64,000 nucleotides of DNA from Candidatus Uhrbacteria bacterium (GCA_016215325.1 JACRJV010000027.1:16090-80089); one strand, 5' to 3'. Counted from the first letter of the stretch, positions 35,070 to 46,528 are shown. Program-made: numbers and translations. Notes: a model not told the origin generated them from the sequence alone.

Positions 35070-36158
35070 ATGACCTACACCGTCAGTCAGTTCAACGCGG
35101 CGATTTCGAGCTATCTTTCCGAGGGCCTCGGCACTGTGTCGGTTCGGGGCGAAGTGGTGGACCTCAAGATCGCGAAGGATCGACTCGTGTTTTTTGATCT
35201 CAAAGATGCGGCCGCACGCGTGGGATGTTTTATGATGCGGTGGGAACTGCCGGAGGGCATCCGTGACGGCATGGAAGTTGAGATTGCGGCTCGCGCGGGA
35301 TTGTTCAAGCAGTCGGGTCGTTTCCATTTGCGCGTGATCACGGTGGTGCCGGTTGGCGACGGTGCGCTCGCGGCGGCCTTGCGTCAGCTCAAGGAAAAAT
35401 TGGAACGCGAAGGATTATTTGCGGCAGAGCGCAAGCGTCCGATCCCGCGCTTCCCACAGACCATTGGCATCGTCACTTCCGCCCAAGCGGCAGCATTCAC
35501 GGACATTGTACGCATCCTTAATAATCGATGGGGGAACATTTCGGTTGTCCTTTCTCCTGCAGCCGTCCAAGGGGCCGCGGCGGCCGCTGAAATCGTTTTG
35601 GCGTTAGAGCGGCTCAATAGCAGGCCGGACATCGATGTGATTATTGTGACGCGCGGTGGAGGAGCAGCGGAGGAACTGAATGCCTTTAATAGCGAATCCG
35701 TCGCACGGGCGATCTTTGCCAGCCGCGTGCCCGTGGTGAGTGCTGTCGGCCATGAGCGTGACACAACGATCGCCGACCTTGTGGCGGACCTTCGGGCGTC
35801 GACGCCATCCAATGCGGCAGAGCGCGTTGTGTGCGATCGCCGGGAAACCTTGGTACTGCTCGATCATTTCACCGAAGTCATGCATCAAGCGCTCCATCGA
35901 CAGGTTGAACGATCTCATCACACTCTCGAAACATTTGTGCGAACGGGAGAATTTTGGTTCGCTGGGTTGGTAGAGCGTTTGGAGCACGCGCGATCTCTGC
36001 TGGAGCACTTAAATCCTCAAGCGATTCTCCAGCGTGGATTTTCGATTACCAAAGACCATACCGGTGCCATTGTGCGCAGTGTAAAAGCAATCCATTGCGG
36101 CGATGTGATCCGCACGACTGTTTCGGATGGACAGATCGTGAGTGAGGTTATACGGTAA
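35070..36158 (+). CDS. xseA: exodeoxyribonuclease VII large subunit
   Basis: FFDLKD, IGIVTS, RGGG, SAVGHERD, RASTPS. Confidence 0.95.
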   Translation: MTYTVSQFNAAISSYLSEGLGTVSVRGEVVDLKIAKDRLVFFDLKDAAARVGCFMMRWELPEGIRDGMEVEIAARAGLFKQSGRFHLRVITVVPVGDGALAAALRQLKEKLEREGLFAAERKRPIPRFPQTIGIVTSAQAAAFTDIVRILNNRWGNISVVLSPAAVQGAAAAAEIVLALERLNSRPDIDVIIVTRGGGAAEELNAFNSESVARAIFASRVPVVSAVGHERDTTIADLVADLRASTPSNAAERVVCDRRETLVLLDHFTEVMHQALHRQVERSHHTLETFVRTGEFWFAGLVERLEHARSLLEHLNPQAILQRGFSITKDHTGAIVRSVKAIHCGDVIRTTVSDGQIVSEVIR

Positions 36159-36228
36159 AAATTACGGCTTCCTCGCCTCTTTATCCCCCTGCCTACCGGC
36201 AGGCAGGCGTATCTCTTATCTCCCGTGT

Positions 36229-36420
36229 ATGAAAACATTTCAACAACAATTCGAAGAGCTCGAGAACATTGTCCGCACGTTTGAATCCGGCGATGTCGAT
36301 CTTGATGTGGGGCTCAAGGAATTTGAGAAAGGGATGAAACTCGCTGGCGAGCTTAAAAAGAAACTTGACGGGGCAGAAGTGAAGTTGGAGACGCTCAAGA
36401 AAGAATACATCAAATCGTAA
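36229..36420 (+). CDS. xseB: exodeoxyribonuclease VII small subunit
   Basis: FEELENIV..ESGDVDL..FEKGMKL; adjacent to xseA. Confidence 0.9.
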   Translation: MKTFQQQFEELENIVRTFESGDVDLDVGLKEFEKGMKLAGELKKKLDGAEVKLETLKKEYIKS

Positions 36421-36518
36421 TTTCCAATTTCCAATGAATTTTCATTGTCATTATTCTTAAATTGAATCATTGTAAATTCAATGAAAATTGTTACTTGAAA
36501 ATTGAAAATTATATCGGT

Positions 36519-39500
36519 ATGTCGTTTGTTCATTTGCATGTCCACTCCCATTATTCGTTGCTCGACGGCCTGGGCAAAATCCCTGACCTGGTCGCGGCAG
36601 CAAAAGCCCAAGGCGCAACAGCGCTTGCGCTTACGGATCATGGCACATTATACGGAGCGGTGGAGTTTTATCAGGAATGCTTGCGTGCCGGGATCAAGCC
36701 GATTATCGGGATGGAAGCGTACGTCGCCGTCGGCAGCCGCCACGATAAGCGCAGCCGCGTGGATAATGATTATACGCACCTCGTGTTATTGGCAGAGAAT
36801 AATACTGGATATCAGAATTTACTCAAGCTCACAACGTTGGGCCACATCGAGGGATATTATTATAAACCTCGTATTGATTGGGAGTTATTGCAGCAATTTC
36901 ACGAGGGCCTCATCGCGCTCTCCGGTTGCTTGCGCGGCGCCGTGTCCAGAGAGATATTGTCCGGCAGCGGTGACGAGCGGGCGGCGTTTATTATCCGCCA
37001 GTATCAAACGGTATTCGGGGCAGAGAACTATTTCCTCGAAATTCAGCATCGCCCGAGTCTGCCAGATCAGGCGCGGGTCAATGCAGCTCTCGTGCGCCTC
37101 TGCCAAGCCACGGGCGCTGGGCTGGTGGCCACCAACGACGCGCATTATATCAACCCGGATGATGCGGACGCTCAAGATGTATTACTGTGTTTGCAGACCA
37201 AATCCAAGCGCGATGACCCAAAACGGCTCAACATGATGGGAGAAAATCTATCGCTGATCGCACCGGAGACGATGATCCAGTTATTTTTATATGCCCCGGA
37301 CGCGATCGCCAACACCGCGAAGATTGCCGACCGGTGTTCGGTAGAGATCCCCTTGGGCAAGGTGATCCTGCCCGAGTTTGCCGTTGCGGGGGGCGCAAAC
37401 GCCATGGAGGAACTGGAACGACTCTGTCACGATGGGCTGGGGCGCATGTACGGGCAGGCTCCGGCCACGGACGTCGTCGAACGTTTGCAGTACGAATTAT
37501 CGGTGATCGCAAAGACCGGATTTGCATCGTATTTTTTGATCGTTGCGGATTTTGTCAATTGGGCCAAGCGCCACGGGATCATGGTGGGTCCGGGCCGCGG
37601 CAGCGCAGCGGGGTCGCTGGTGAGTTTTTTATTGAACATCACCAGCGTCGACCCGGTGCGGTACAAATTGTTTTTTGAACGGTTTTTGAATCCGGAACGC
37701 ATCAGCATGCCGGATATTGATTTGGATTTTGCCGACCGCCGGCGCGATGAAGTCATCCACTATGTGGAGCAAAAGTACGGCAAAGATCACGTGGCGCAGA
37801 TTATTACCTTTGGGACCATGGCAGCGCGGGCGAGTATTCGGGACTGCGGACGGGTACTCGGGATGAGTTACTCATTTTGCGATACGCTGGCCAAGCTCAT
37901 CCCAATGGGGTTGAGTTTGCACGAGGCCGTGGATCAAGTGCCAGAGCTCAAAGAATTAATCAAAAAAGACGAGCAGGCAAACGTGGTTATTGCCACTGCT
38001 CAAAAAGTCGAGAATGTGGCGCGCCACAGTTCTACGCACGCTTGCGGCGTGGTGATTACCGATAAGCCCCTAGTGGAGTACACGCCGATTCAATTTGCCT
38101 CCAGTTCGGACCAAACGATTATCACGCAATATGGACTCCATAGCATCGAGGCGCTGGGGTTGCTTAAAATGGATTTTTTGGGGCTCAAGAACCTCACCAT
38201 TCTCGAGGATGCCCTCGCCATCATCCAGCACACCCGATCGGTTACGGTTGATCTTGCGTCCATCCCGCTCGACGACGTCAAGGCCTTTACGCTGCTGCAG
38301 TGCGGGGATACCACCGGCGTCTTCCAACTCGAATCCAGTGGCATGAAGCGCTACTTGAAAGAATTAAAGCCAACCGGGCTGGAAGATATCATCGCCATGG
38401 TCGCTCTGTATCGGCCGGGCCCCATGGAGCTTATCCCGGATTTTATCGCGAGCAAACACGGGACAAAGCGCATTGAGTATTTGCATCCTAAGTTGCAACC
38501 GATCTTGGATTATACGTATGGCATCGCCGTATACCAGGAGCAGGTACTGCAAATTGCCCGAGATATTGCGGGGTTTACACTTGGCGAGGCGGACGTCTTA
38601 CGCAAAGCCATCGGCAAGAAAATCAAAACACTTCTGATGGAGCAGCGAGAAAAATTTATCGTTGGCGCAATCAAGCAAGGCGTTGAGCGCAGTATTGCGG
38701 AGCGGCTCTTTGACTTTACCGAACCGTTTGCGCGGTATGGATTCAATCGGGCGCATGCCACCTGTTACGGCTTCATTGCGTATCAAACGGCGTACCTTAA
38801 AGCCAACTATCCCGTGGAGTTTATGGCGGCCCTGCTCAAAAGCGAAGTGGGAGATGTTGAACGGATCGCGGTGCTGGTCGGGGAATGCAAAGGGATGGGG
38901 ATCCGCGTGCTAGCGCCCGATATCAACGAAAGTTTTGAGAGCTTTACCGTGGCGTCCGAAGACGCCACCGGAGCCTCGGTCATTCGGTTTGGTTTGGCCG
39001 CAGTAAAGAATGTGGGCGAAGGGATTGTGGATCGGATCGTCAGCGAGCGCAAAACCAACGGGCCATTCACGAGTTTAGAAAATTTTCTCTTGCGCGTGGG
39101 CAGCGAAGTGCTCAATAAAAAATCTCTGGAGAGTTTTGTAAAGTGTGGGGCGTTGGATCGATTTGGTGATCGATCGCAATTGGCAGGCAATATTGAGAAA
39201 ATGTTAAAATTCGCGCGATCGGCATCCAGCGGCCAAGAACAATCTGCTCAGTCATCCCTCCTTTCGATGATGGGAGCAAGCGTCGCCCCTCGCGTCATGG
39301 CCCTGGATCCCATAGCCCCAGAGCGTCCAGAGACATTGTTGTGCTGGGAAAAAGAATTACTGGGACTCTATGTATCCGAGCATCCGCTGACCGCATTTTC
39401 GGCCCAGTTGTCAATTATCAGCATCCCGATTTCAACGGTGAAGAACTTTGAAGAACGCCAGGAGGCGGTGGTGGGTGGGCTGGTACTATCCATCAAAAGC

Positions 39501-39779
39501 ATTTACACAAAGAAAGGAGAGAAGATGCTCTTTGCAAAAGTAGAGGATCCGCAGGACTCGATCGAAGTGATTGTATTTCCTGAAACATTCCAAAAAACGG
39601 CTGGTCTCTGGGCCGAGGGAGGATTAGTGCTGCTCAAGGGTACCGTGACGCAGCGCGGGGGGGCCGCTCAGATCGTCTGTTCAAAAGCCATCGCGCTCAC
39701 ACCGGAACGCATTCAAGAATTAATTGCGGCTATGCCAAAACGTCCGACTCCCGCCGTTGCAGCAACAGCCTCCCAATGA
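36519..39779 (+). CDS. dnaE: DNA polymerase III alpha subunit
   Basis: HLHVHSHYSLLDG, GPGRGSAAGS, MPDIDLDF, FNRAHA. Confidence 0.97.
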   Translation: MSFVHLHVHSHYSLLDGLGKIPDLVAAAKAQGATALALTDHGTLYGAVEFYQECLRAGIKPIIGMEAYVAVGSRHDKRSRVDNDYTHLVLLAENNTGYQNLLKLTTLGHIEGYYYKPRIDWELLQQFHEGLIALSGCLRGAVSREILSGSGDERAAFIIRQYQTVFGAENYFLEIQHRPSLPDQARVNAALVRLCQATGAGLVATNDAHYINPDDADAQDVLLCLQTKSKRDDPKRLNMMGENLSLIAPETMIQLFLYAPDAIANTAKIADRCSVEIPLGKVILPEFAVAGGANAMEELERLCHDGLGRMYGQAPATDVVERLQYELSVIAKTGFASYFLIVADFVNWAKRHGIMVGPGRGSAAGSLVSFLLNITSVDPVRYKLFFERFLNPERISMPDIDLDFADRRRDEVIHYVEQKYGKDHVAQIITFGTMAARASIRDCGRVLGMSYSFCDTLAKLIPMGLSLHEAVDQVPELKELIKKDEQANVVIATAQKVENVARHSSTHACGVVITDKPLVEYTPIQFASSSDQTIITQYGLHSIEALGLLKMDFLGLKNLTILEDALAIIQHTRSVTVDLASIPLDDVKAFTLLQCGDTTGVFQLESSGMKRYLKELKPTGLEDIIAMVALYRPGPMELIPDFIASKHGTKRIEYLHPKLQPILDYTYGIAVYQEQVLQIARDIAGFTLGEADVLRKAIGKKIKTLLMEQREKFIVGAIKQGVERSIAERLFDFTEPFARYGFNRAHATCYGFIAYQTAYLKANYPVEFMAALLKSEVGDVERIAVLVGECKGMGIRVLAPDINESFESFTVASEDATGASVIRFGLAAVKNVGEGIVDRIVSERKTNGPFTSLENFLLRVGSEVLNKKSLESFVKCGALDRFGDRSQLAGNIEKMLKFARSASSGQEQSAQSSLLSMMGASVAPRVMALDPIAPERPETLLCWEKELLGLYVSEHPLTAFSAQLSIISIPISTVKNFEERQEAVVGGLVLSIKSIYTKKGEKMLFAKVEDPQDSIEVIVFPETFQKTAGLWAEGGLVLLKGTVTQRGGAAQIVCSKAIALTPERIQELIAAMPKRPTPAVAATASQ

Positions 39780-39834
39780 TATAGTAAGTCCATCCGCCCT
39801 GCGGCGTTCATTGGAAATTAGAAATTTCGTATCT

Positions 39835-40971
39835 ATGGCCCACGATCTTCCCCCCATTGCACTCTACCGACGGATCGCCGTTGGTTTGCTGGTATCGGTC
39901 GGTGTCGTCTTTCTTTCGATTTTGTACATCGCCATGGTGCGCGCAACCATATCGATTACGCTCAAGAAGCAATCATTCCCACTGAACCAATCTTTTGCGG
40001 TCAGCAGCCGCGTTCCAGCTCCGACGGCCTCGAGTACAACCATCCCGGGGCAAGTCACGGTCGTTGAGCGCTCCGCAACACGGGAGGTGGCGGCCACGAG
40101 CCTTACGCTGCAGGAAGGCAAGGCAGAAGGGGTTGTCACCATTACCAATCGGACCACCCGGGCGCAACCGTTAGTGCCGACTACGCGCCTATTGTCGCCA
40201 CAGGGGGTATTATTCCGGACCACGGAATTTGTCACGGTCCCCGGAGGCGGCGCGGTCGATGTCCACGTTGTTGCGGATCAGCCAGGCAGTGCCGGGGATA
40301 TTGGTCCGACCACCTTCATCTTGCCGGGGCTTTGGAAGGGGGCGCAAGAGCAAATCACGGGGGCGAATGCAAAGCCGATGAGCGGGGGGAAGAAGACCGC
40401 GACCAGTTTGAGCGCAGAGTCCCAAAAAGATGTGGAAGAGCAAGAGTCGGCAGCGATAAAAGAAGCAGTGCTCAATGAATACCGATCAAAACTCGCCAAC
40501 GCATCAGACGTGGTGATCGCTGCGGTGTCCCGGAAGAGTTCGACCATCGAGCCTGCAACTCCCGCGACCGTCCGTGTTGTCGTCAAAACGAGCATCGTGG
40601 TCGCGCAATTTAACCCGCAGCCGTTGGAGGAACCGCTCAAGGCATCGTTAAGCCAGGCGATCCCGAGCCCCTACGTCTTCGGCGGGTTGGATCAGTCGAA
40701 GGCATTCGAATACACACTCAAGCAGTTTGATGCAAAATCCAAGACCGCGCAGTTTGTGATCCATGCGTTTGCTTGGGCAGCGGTTTCGGGGGATGCGCTT
40801 CCGATTTCAAAAGATCAGTTCCTGGGGATGCGAGTTTCGGATGTATCGGCATTTGCGGCGAACATCAAAGATATTGAATCAATCCATGTCCAAACCTCAC
40901 CGTTTTGGCTGCGCACGATTCCCAAGCGCGCCGACCGCGTCACGCTGGATGTGGTCAGCCCAACCGAGTAG
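39835..40971 (+). CDS. membrane-anchored protein with baseplate-J-like domain
   Basis: N-terminal TM; KAEGVVTITN, TRLLSPQGVLFRT, VVADQPGSAGDI, FILPGL. Confidence 0.65.
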   Translation: MAHDLPPIALYRRIAVGLLVSVGVVFLSILYIAMVRATISITLKKQSFPLNQSFAVSSRVPAPTASSTTIPGQVTVVERSATREVAATSLTLQEGKAEGVVTITNRTTRAQPLVPTTRLLSPQGVLFRTTEFVTVPGGGAVDVHVVADQPGSAGDIGPTTFILPGLWKGAQEQITGANAKPMSGGKKTATSLSAESQKDVEEQESAAIKEAVLNEYRSKLANASDVVIAAVSRKSSTIEPATPATVRVVVKTSIVVAQFNPQPLEEPLKASLSQAIPSPYVFGGLDQSKAFEYTLKQFDAKSKTAQFVIHAFAWAAVSGDALPISKDQFLGMRVSDVSAFAANIKDIESIHVQTSPFWLRTIPKRADRVTLDVVSPTE

Positions 40972-41081
40972 TCCTTAAATTTCCAATATCTAATATCCAA
41001 TTTCCAATAAAATGTCCAATGCTCGAATGACAGAATAATTTGTTTATTCCGACATGTAGCATTGGATTTTTATTAGAAATT

Positions 41082-42857
41082 ATGTCCAACCTCGATCATC
41101 TCCAGTCTATTCGTCATACGCTCGTGCACCTCTTGGCCGCGAGTGTAATTGAATTATACCCCGGAGCCCAAAACGCCATCGGCCCGGCTATTGAAGATGG
41201 ATTTTACCAAGATTTTTATATTCCAGTCGCAATCTCCGATAAAGACCTTGAAGCGATCGAGAAGAAGATGCGCGGCAAATTGAAAGTTTGGCAGAAGCTC
41301 AAGACGTCGGAAATGAAGACGGTCACCGTCGAACAAGCGCGAAAAGAATTTTCCTGGAATCAGTATAAATCAGAACTCATCAACGATTTTTCTAAGGAGA
41401 GCAAGGAAATTACCTTCTCGCTTACCGGGGATTTTCTCGACCTGTGCAAAGGCGGACACGCCCAAGATCTCTCCGAAATTAAACTCGATGCCTTCAAACT
41501 GGATCGGGTTGCGGGTGCGTATTGGAAAGGGGACGAACATAATATCATGCTTACACGCATCTACGGGCTCGCGTTCTTTACAAAAGAAGAATTAAAGGCG
41601 TTCCTCGCGCGGAGAGAGGAAGCCAAAAAACGCGATCATCGGAAAATTGCCCACGAGCAAGACTTGCTCATTTTTTCGGACTTGGTAGGGTCGGGAATGC
41701 CGCTCTATACGCCGCGCGGCAATGTCATCCGCAACGCTATCATTGGGTACTCCCGTGAACTGAATGCGCGGCTGGGGTTTGGCGAGGTCCACACCCCCAA
41801 TATCAACAAGGCGGAGTTGTTTAAGATTTCCGGGCACTATGATCTCTACAAGGCAGACATGCTGTCGGTCAAAAGCCAGTATGTGAGCGATGAGATGTTC
41901 TTAAAGCCCATGAATTGTCCGCAGCACACCCAGATTTACGCTTCCCGCCCTCGCAGTTACCGCGATCTGCCGATTCGTTTTGCGGATTTTGCGAACCTTT
42001 ATCGCGACGAGCAGCCGGGGCAACTGTCAGGGCTTACCCGATTACGATCGTTTGCCCAGGATGACGGGCATATCTTCTGTCGCCAGGATCAAATCGAAGA
42101 AGAGATCAGTAATATCCTTTCGGCGATTCAAGAAGCTCTTTCAACCTATAAAATTGGATACCGCATGCGGTTTTCGCTGCGCGACCCGGATAATTCGGCA
42201 AAATATTTAGGCAGCGACGACGTATGGGAGCATTCACAGGACATCATGCGTAAGTTGCTCCAATCCAAGGGCGTTGATTTTTGGCAAGCAGAAGGGGAAG
42301 CCGCGTTTTATGGTCCCAAGATTGATATTATGGCCGTTGATGCGCTGCAGAGGCAGTGGCAGATCTCCACGATCCAGCTCGACTTCAACATGCCGTCGCG
42401 TTTCAGGCTCACCTATACGGCCAGCGATGGCACAGAACAAACACCGGTGATGATCCACCGGGCGCTCATTGGCTCACCCGATCGGTTTTTAGGCGTTCTG
42501 ATTGAACACTATGCGGGCGCATTCCCGGTATGGATGGCCCCGGTGCAAGTTGCGGTGATCCCGGTGGGAGAAGACTTTATTCAGGCGAGCCAGACGCTTG
42601 CCAAAGAATTTGCGGGTGCTCGCATTCGCTGCGAGGTGCGCGATGAGAATGAAAGCGTCGGATACAAAATCCGGACAACAGCCAAAGAAAAAATACCCTA
42701 TGTCATCGTGATCGGAGAGCGTGAAGCACCGAAGGTCGGGACGTGGAAAAAATCGAGCACTTTGTCTGTGCGCGTGCGCGGGAAGGAAGAATTGCTTTCG
42801 ATTTCTCTCGGAGACTTCTTGAAACACATCCAGCAAGAGATACAAGAACGCAAATAA
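41082..42857 (+). CDS. thrS: threonine--tRNA ligase (no N-terminal TGS domain)
   Basis: DLCKGGH, RDHRKI, KPMNCPQH, AFYGPKID, MIHRA. Confidence 0.97.
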   Translation: MSNLDHLQSIRHTLVHLLAASVIELYPGAQNAIGPAIEDGFYQDFYIPVAISDKDLEAIEKKMRGKLKVWQKLKTSEMKTVTVEQARKEFSWNQYKSELINDFSKESKEITFSLTGDFLDLCKGGHAQDLSEIKLDAFKLDRVAGAYWKGDEHNIMLTRIYGLAFFTKEELKAFLARREEAKKRDHRKIAHEQDLLIFSDLVGSGMPLYTPRGNVIRNAIIGYSRELNARLGFGEVHTPNINKAELFKISGHYDLYKADMLSVKSQYVSDEMFLKPMNCPQHTQIYASRPRSYRDLPIRFADFANLYRDEQPGQLSGLTRLRSFAQDDGHIFCRQDQIEEEISNILSAIQEALSTYKIGYRMRFSLRDPDNSAKYLGSDDVWEHSQDIMRKLLQSKGVDFWQAEGEAAFYGPKIDIMAVDALQRQWQISTIQLDFNMPSRFRLTYTASDGTEQTPVMIHRALIGSPDRFLGVLIEHYAGAFPVWMAPVQVAVIPVGEDFIQASQTLAKEFAGARIRCEVRDENESVGYKIRTTAKEKIPYVIVIGEREAPKVGTWKKSSTLSVRVRGKEELLSISLGDFLKHIQQEIQERK

Positions 42858-42860
42858 CGT

Positions 42861-44042
42861 ATGCCTCGTTTGCCGGCATCCACAAAACGACGGGCCCTCC
42901 ACCGGATCCACCTGCTGATTTTTTTGTATTCTCTCGGCATCGCTCTTTCCACGTACGTTGGGTCCTCCTATCTTCAAGGCGTTGTGGGCACCGGGGCGGT
43001 AGAATCGATCTATATCGCATCGGCCGCGTTTACGATTATTGGCATGGTGTTGCTCCCGGCGTTCGTCCACCGCGTTGGCAAGCGGATGGGGTTTAGCGTG
43101 ATCGCGGTGTTGTTGTTCGCCTCGTCCATTCTGCTGTCCATGGTGGCTTTGCCGGTGATCGCGGTGCTTTCCTTCACACTCTATACCGCTGCGACTTGGA
43201 TGGTGTTGTTGGGGTTTGACGTGGCGCTTGAGCAGTATTCCTCCGATGGCAATACCGGGCGATTGCGCGGGTGGTATCTGACGATCATGAACGCCGGATG
43301 GGTTGTGGCGCCGCTGGTCATGGGCAGCATTGGCCAACGGTTTGGGATCCAGTGGGTGTTCGCCGCATCCGCAGTCGCGTTTCTGCCCATGAGCCTGTTG
43401 TTCCCCACAATGTTTCGTTCTTCCGACGACCGATCGTTCCATCATCACGAACACCTCCGCGACGCCCTACGGCGCATCATCCAGATCGATGGGCTTTGGA
43501 AAGTGACGCTCGTTGCGTTTGCGCTCCAATTTTTTTATGCATGGATGGTAATCTATGCGCCCCTCTATTTGCATGACACAATCGGATTTTCGTGGGGGAT
43601 GATCGGGTGGATGTTTTCTATTATGCTGATTCCGTTTGTCCTCACCGAATATCCTGCAGGAGTCATTGCGGACCGTTGGTGGGGAGAAAAAGAATTAATG
43701 ATCGTTGGTTTTGTCGTGATGGCGGTTGCGAGCATTGTTTTTGGGGTGATGAGCCCATCCGCATCGTGGCTTGCGTTTGCCGGAGTATTATTTTGTTCGC
43801 GCGTTGGCGCGAGTATTGTCGAGAGCATGCGCGATACGTATTTCTACAAACACGTGGACTCGGACGATATTGCCATCATCAGCGTATTCCACATGGTATG
43901 GATCCTCCCTTATGTCATCGCGCCGGTGTTGGGGGCAGCGATGCTCACCACGGTGGGGTATGCAGACCTGTTTGTCATGCTGGGGGGCTTGCTGGTAATA
44001 CTATCGGGGGCGGCCCTGTATCGGTTGTCGGACACCAAGTGA
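42861..44042 (+). CDS. MFS transporter
   Basis: About 12 hydrophobic helices; PAGVIADRWWGEK motif. Confidence 0.85.
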   Translation: MPRLPASTKRRALHRIHLLIFLYSLGIALSTYVGSSYLQGVVGTGAVESIYIASAAFTIIGMVLLPAFVHRVGKRMGFSVIAVLLFASSILLSMVALPVIAVLSFTLYTAATWMVLLGFDVALEQYSSDGNTGRLRGWYLTIMNAGWVVAPLVMGSIGQRFGIQWVFAASAVAFLPMSLLFPTMFRSSDDRSFHHHEHLRDALRRIIQIDGLWKVTLVAFALQFFYAWMVIYAPLYLHDTIGFSWGMIGWMFSIMLIPFVLTEYPAGVIADRWWGEKELMIVGFVVMAVASIVFGVMSPSASWLAFAGVLFCSRVGASIVESMRDTYFYKHVDSDDIAIISVFHMVWILPYVIAPVLGAAMLTTVGYADLFVMLGGLLVILSGAALYRLSDTK

Positions 44043-44123
44043 TTGGGGATAATTGGTATTGATAAAATAGTCTGAATATGATATAATAATAGAGTAAAAA
44101 TACAAAATAAACATCAATGAGTT

Positions 44124-45020
44124 ATGGAACCGCAACAACGCAGAATTCAACTGCGGAGATCGCATATCATCGCAATCTTACTCGCTGGTTTTGGCGGGTT
44201 TTTTGTTGCGCAAAAATTGACCGCTCCCACCCAATCGCGCACCCAAGCGCAGATTCAATTACAGCAGTCGGCAGCGGCGCGACCACAGGCTGCATCCGTC
44301 TCTGCCGAGGGGGAGAAGACGATCCGAGAGCGTCTGCGCGCGGTGCTGGCAGCGCTGCGCACGCAGGCGCAGCGAACGGAAGCAGAATCGGACACTCAAT
44401 TTTCTCTTGGGCTGTCGCAACAGAAACGGGCGGTCGTTCCAGCAGTTGAGCAGCCGAGCACTGTCGCCCAACCGAGTGCCTCGTTATTGCCGACCGCTGC
44501 GCCGACCGCTGTCCCAGCGGCTGCGGCAACGCTTTCCCCATTCATTCCATCGACTAAAGTTTCTATCACAGGGGTTGCGCGTATTCGTGTGGAGGATGTT
44601 CGCCTGGATGCGTCCGTCGATTCCCAAAATCGGAAGTCACTCACCGTCCAAATGCGTGCGCGCAACACCGGCACGGCGGCTTCGATCGCCAATACGCCGA
44701 TCAAATTGTTTATGACCATGGCCAGCGGGAACTCTCTGCTATTAGGCGAGCAGCTCGTCCCTCCGTTAGAACCCGGCGCGAGCGTTGAAAGGAAAGCAAC
44801 CTATCAGTGCCCGGAATCCGGGACAGCGCAAGTGTGTATCACGATCCCACCAGAATTTTCAGTTGCCTCGACAGGATCATCCCCAACGACCGTCTGTACT
44901 ACTGTAACAGTTCCAGAGTTGGCTGCTCCGGCGGCGTCTTCGACGGCACCGGCAGCAACGGGTACCACCGCAGGCACTGGTAGTGCAACTTCGAACGCTG
45001 ATTGCCTCTGTCACCGTTGA
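44124..45020 (+). CDS. membrane-anchored Ala/Pro/Thr-rich protein with CARDB-like Ig domain
   Basis: N-terminal TM; RNTGTAAS...VPPLEPGAS; promoter TTGATA-17-TATAAT at 44059. Confidence 0.6.
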   Translation: MEPQQRRIQLRRSHIIAILLAGFGGFFVAQKLTAPTQSRTQAQIQLQQSAAARPQAASVSAEGEKTIRERLRAVLAALRTQAQRTEAESDTQFSLGLSQQKRAVVPAVEQPSTVAQPSASLLPTAAPTAVPAAAATLSPFIPSTKVSITGVARIRVEDVRLDASVDSQNRKSLTVQMRARNTGTAASIANTPIKLFMTMASGNSLLLGEQLVPPLEPGASVERKATYQCPESGTAQVCITIPPEFSVASTGSSPTTVCTTVTVPELAAPAASSTAPAATGTTAGTGSATSNADCLCHR

Positions 45021-45364
45021 TACTCGGTTCGACAGTAAATAATAGTGATGGGCCCTCATCGGAAACGATGGGGGTCTGGCGTTGTGGGCGGAAGCGTAGA
45101 CACGACCGCGGTATTCTTTTGCCTGGCTGCGGAATTCAGCTCCTCCGATTGCGATCGGAGGACCATCCCGACACGCATCAACAGCAATCTTTCCTCAGCA
45201 TGTCGGGATTGCCTCAAACAGTCCTCGCTATCAGCAAAAGAATATCACGGTCGTGTCTATCGTTTAGTAGATAAGAAAGTTGAGTTTTGTGGTTGGGTAT
45301 GGTAGGGTCGTAGCCAGAGGAAACGCGATGCCTGCGAGACCTCTCGAACGTGCGGAGGTGCACG

Positions 45365-46528
45365 ATGAAACAACGGACCATGCTCACGGTGGCCATCATC
45401 GGCATGTGGGCGTCTTTCGGCCTTTGGCGAGCGCTGCCGGCATACTCGGTGGCGTCCATCAACGGCGCTGCGTCTGGAGCGATCGCCATCAACCCGGTCG
45501 CCATGAGCGACCATGAGGTCATCGTGGGCGAGACGACTGTGTGGTTCAGCGACCATTTCTTCGATACCATGGACATCGACGACGAGGATGAATGTGAACT
45601 CCAGATCATCGATGATTGCATCCGGCACGTCATCCGCCGGTCGATCAACATTCTGGGGACCTTCCGGACACAGACACTGGTGCTTTGTTCGGTGGAGGAC
45701 TTCCGGTCCACGACGTACGCGGCCTGCGCCAGCGGAATGACCTCGGAAACTCCGGCCAAACTCTATTGGGATCAAGCCGAGGGGGTCGCGTACATCATCG
45801 CAAACGCCCGTCCGATTCCAGGGCCGCTGCTGGGGACCATGATTGCGACAACCGGTCTAGGGTACTCTCGAGTGCTCAAATGGCCGTTGCCCTCGGTGCT
45901 CCACCAAGCCATCATCGGCATGATCGCCGCTGACCGACCAGTGGATGGTTTGGCGTTGCGCGCTGATCCCCGCGGCCGGCAGTTCCTCGGGAGCCCCGCG
46001 TTCGCGACGATTGGCGGTCAACTGACAGACGGCATCAGCGGGTACCAGATTGTGGCTGCGAACGTCGCGCTCGACCAATTGTGGCGGGTCTCGCCCAGTG
46101 CCATCGCGACACTGGTCAGAGAATACGCTGACCGACACTGGAGGTACTACCAGTGTCTGGAGCGGCTGGACCAGTTTGCAAGAGCCGCAGGGTTGTCAGT
46201 CCGAATAGGAGAATGGACTTCAACCTACGGCTGCTTCCAGGTTCCGCAGGAAGGAGTGTGGGCGTTTAACCCCTGCGATCCGGCCGGTGTAGACCAGAAC
46301 CTGGTCTGCATTGTCGCTCGGGACGCAGACGGACGCCTGCCGGCCTTTAGTGCACGGTTCGTCGATGCGTGCCGTGTCAGCAACCCGCCGTTGGACGTGC
46401 CCTCCGGTGCGGTTGCGGGTATCAAGGTCGAGACGTTCCGCCGCGAGTGCGAAGCGGCTGACTGGGTCATTATCAAGGGGATGATTGGGCGCCGGACGTA
46501 CACCACTCAGGCCATCTTCCCGCCGTGA
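45365..46528 (+). CDS. secreted hypothetical protein (GC-rich ORFan)
   Basis: SD GGAGGTG, signal-like N-terminus, 3' hairpin at about 46547-46586 with T tract. Confidence 0.65.
   Translation: MKQRTMLTVAIIGMWASFGLWRALPAYSVASINGAASGAIAINPVAMSDHEVIVGETTVWFSDHFFDTMDIDDEDECELQIIDDCIRHVIRRSINILGTFRTQTLVLCSVEDFRSTTYAACASGMTSETPAKLYWDQAEGVAYIIANARPIPGPLLGTMIATTGLGYSRVLKWPLPSVLHQAIIGMIAADRPVDGLALRADPRGRQFLGSPAFATIGGQLTDGISGYQIVAANVALDQLWRVSPSAIATLVREYADRHWRYYQCLERLDQFARAAGLSVRIGEWTSTYGCFQVPQEGVWAFNPCDPAGVDQNLVCIVARDADGRLPAFSARFVDACRVSNPPLDVPSGAVAGIKVETFRRECEAADWVIIKGMIGRRTYTTQAIFPP

Noticed and set aside
39835-40971. Phage tail or contractile injection system
   Set aside because: Single membrane-anchored baseplate-J-like gene among housekeeping genes; no partners
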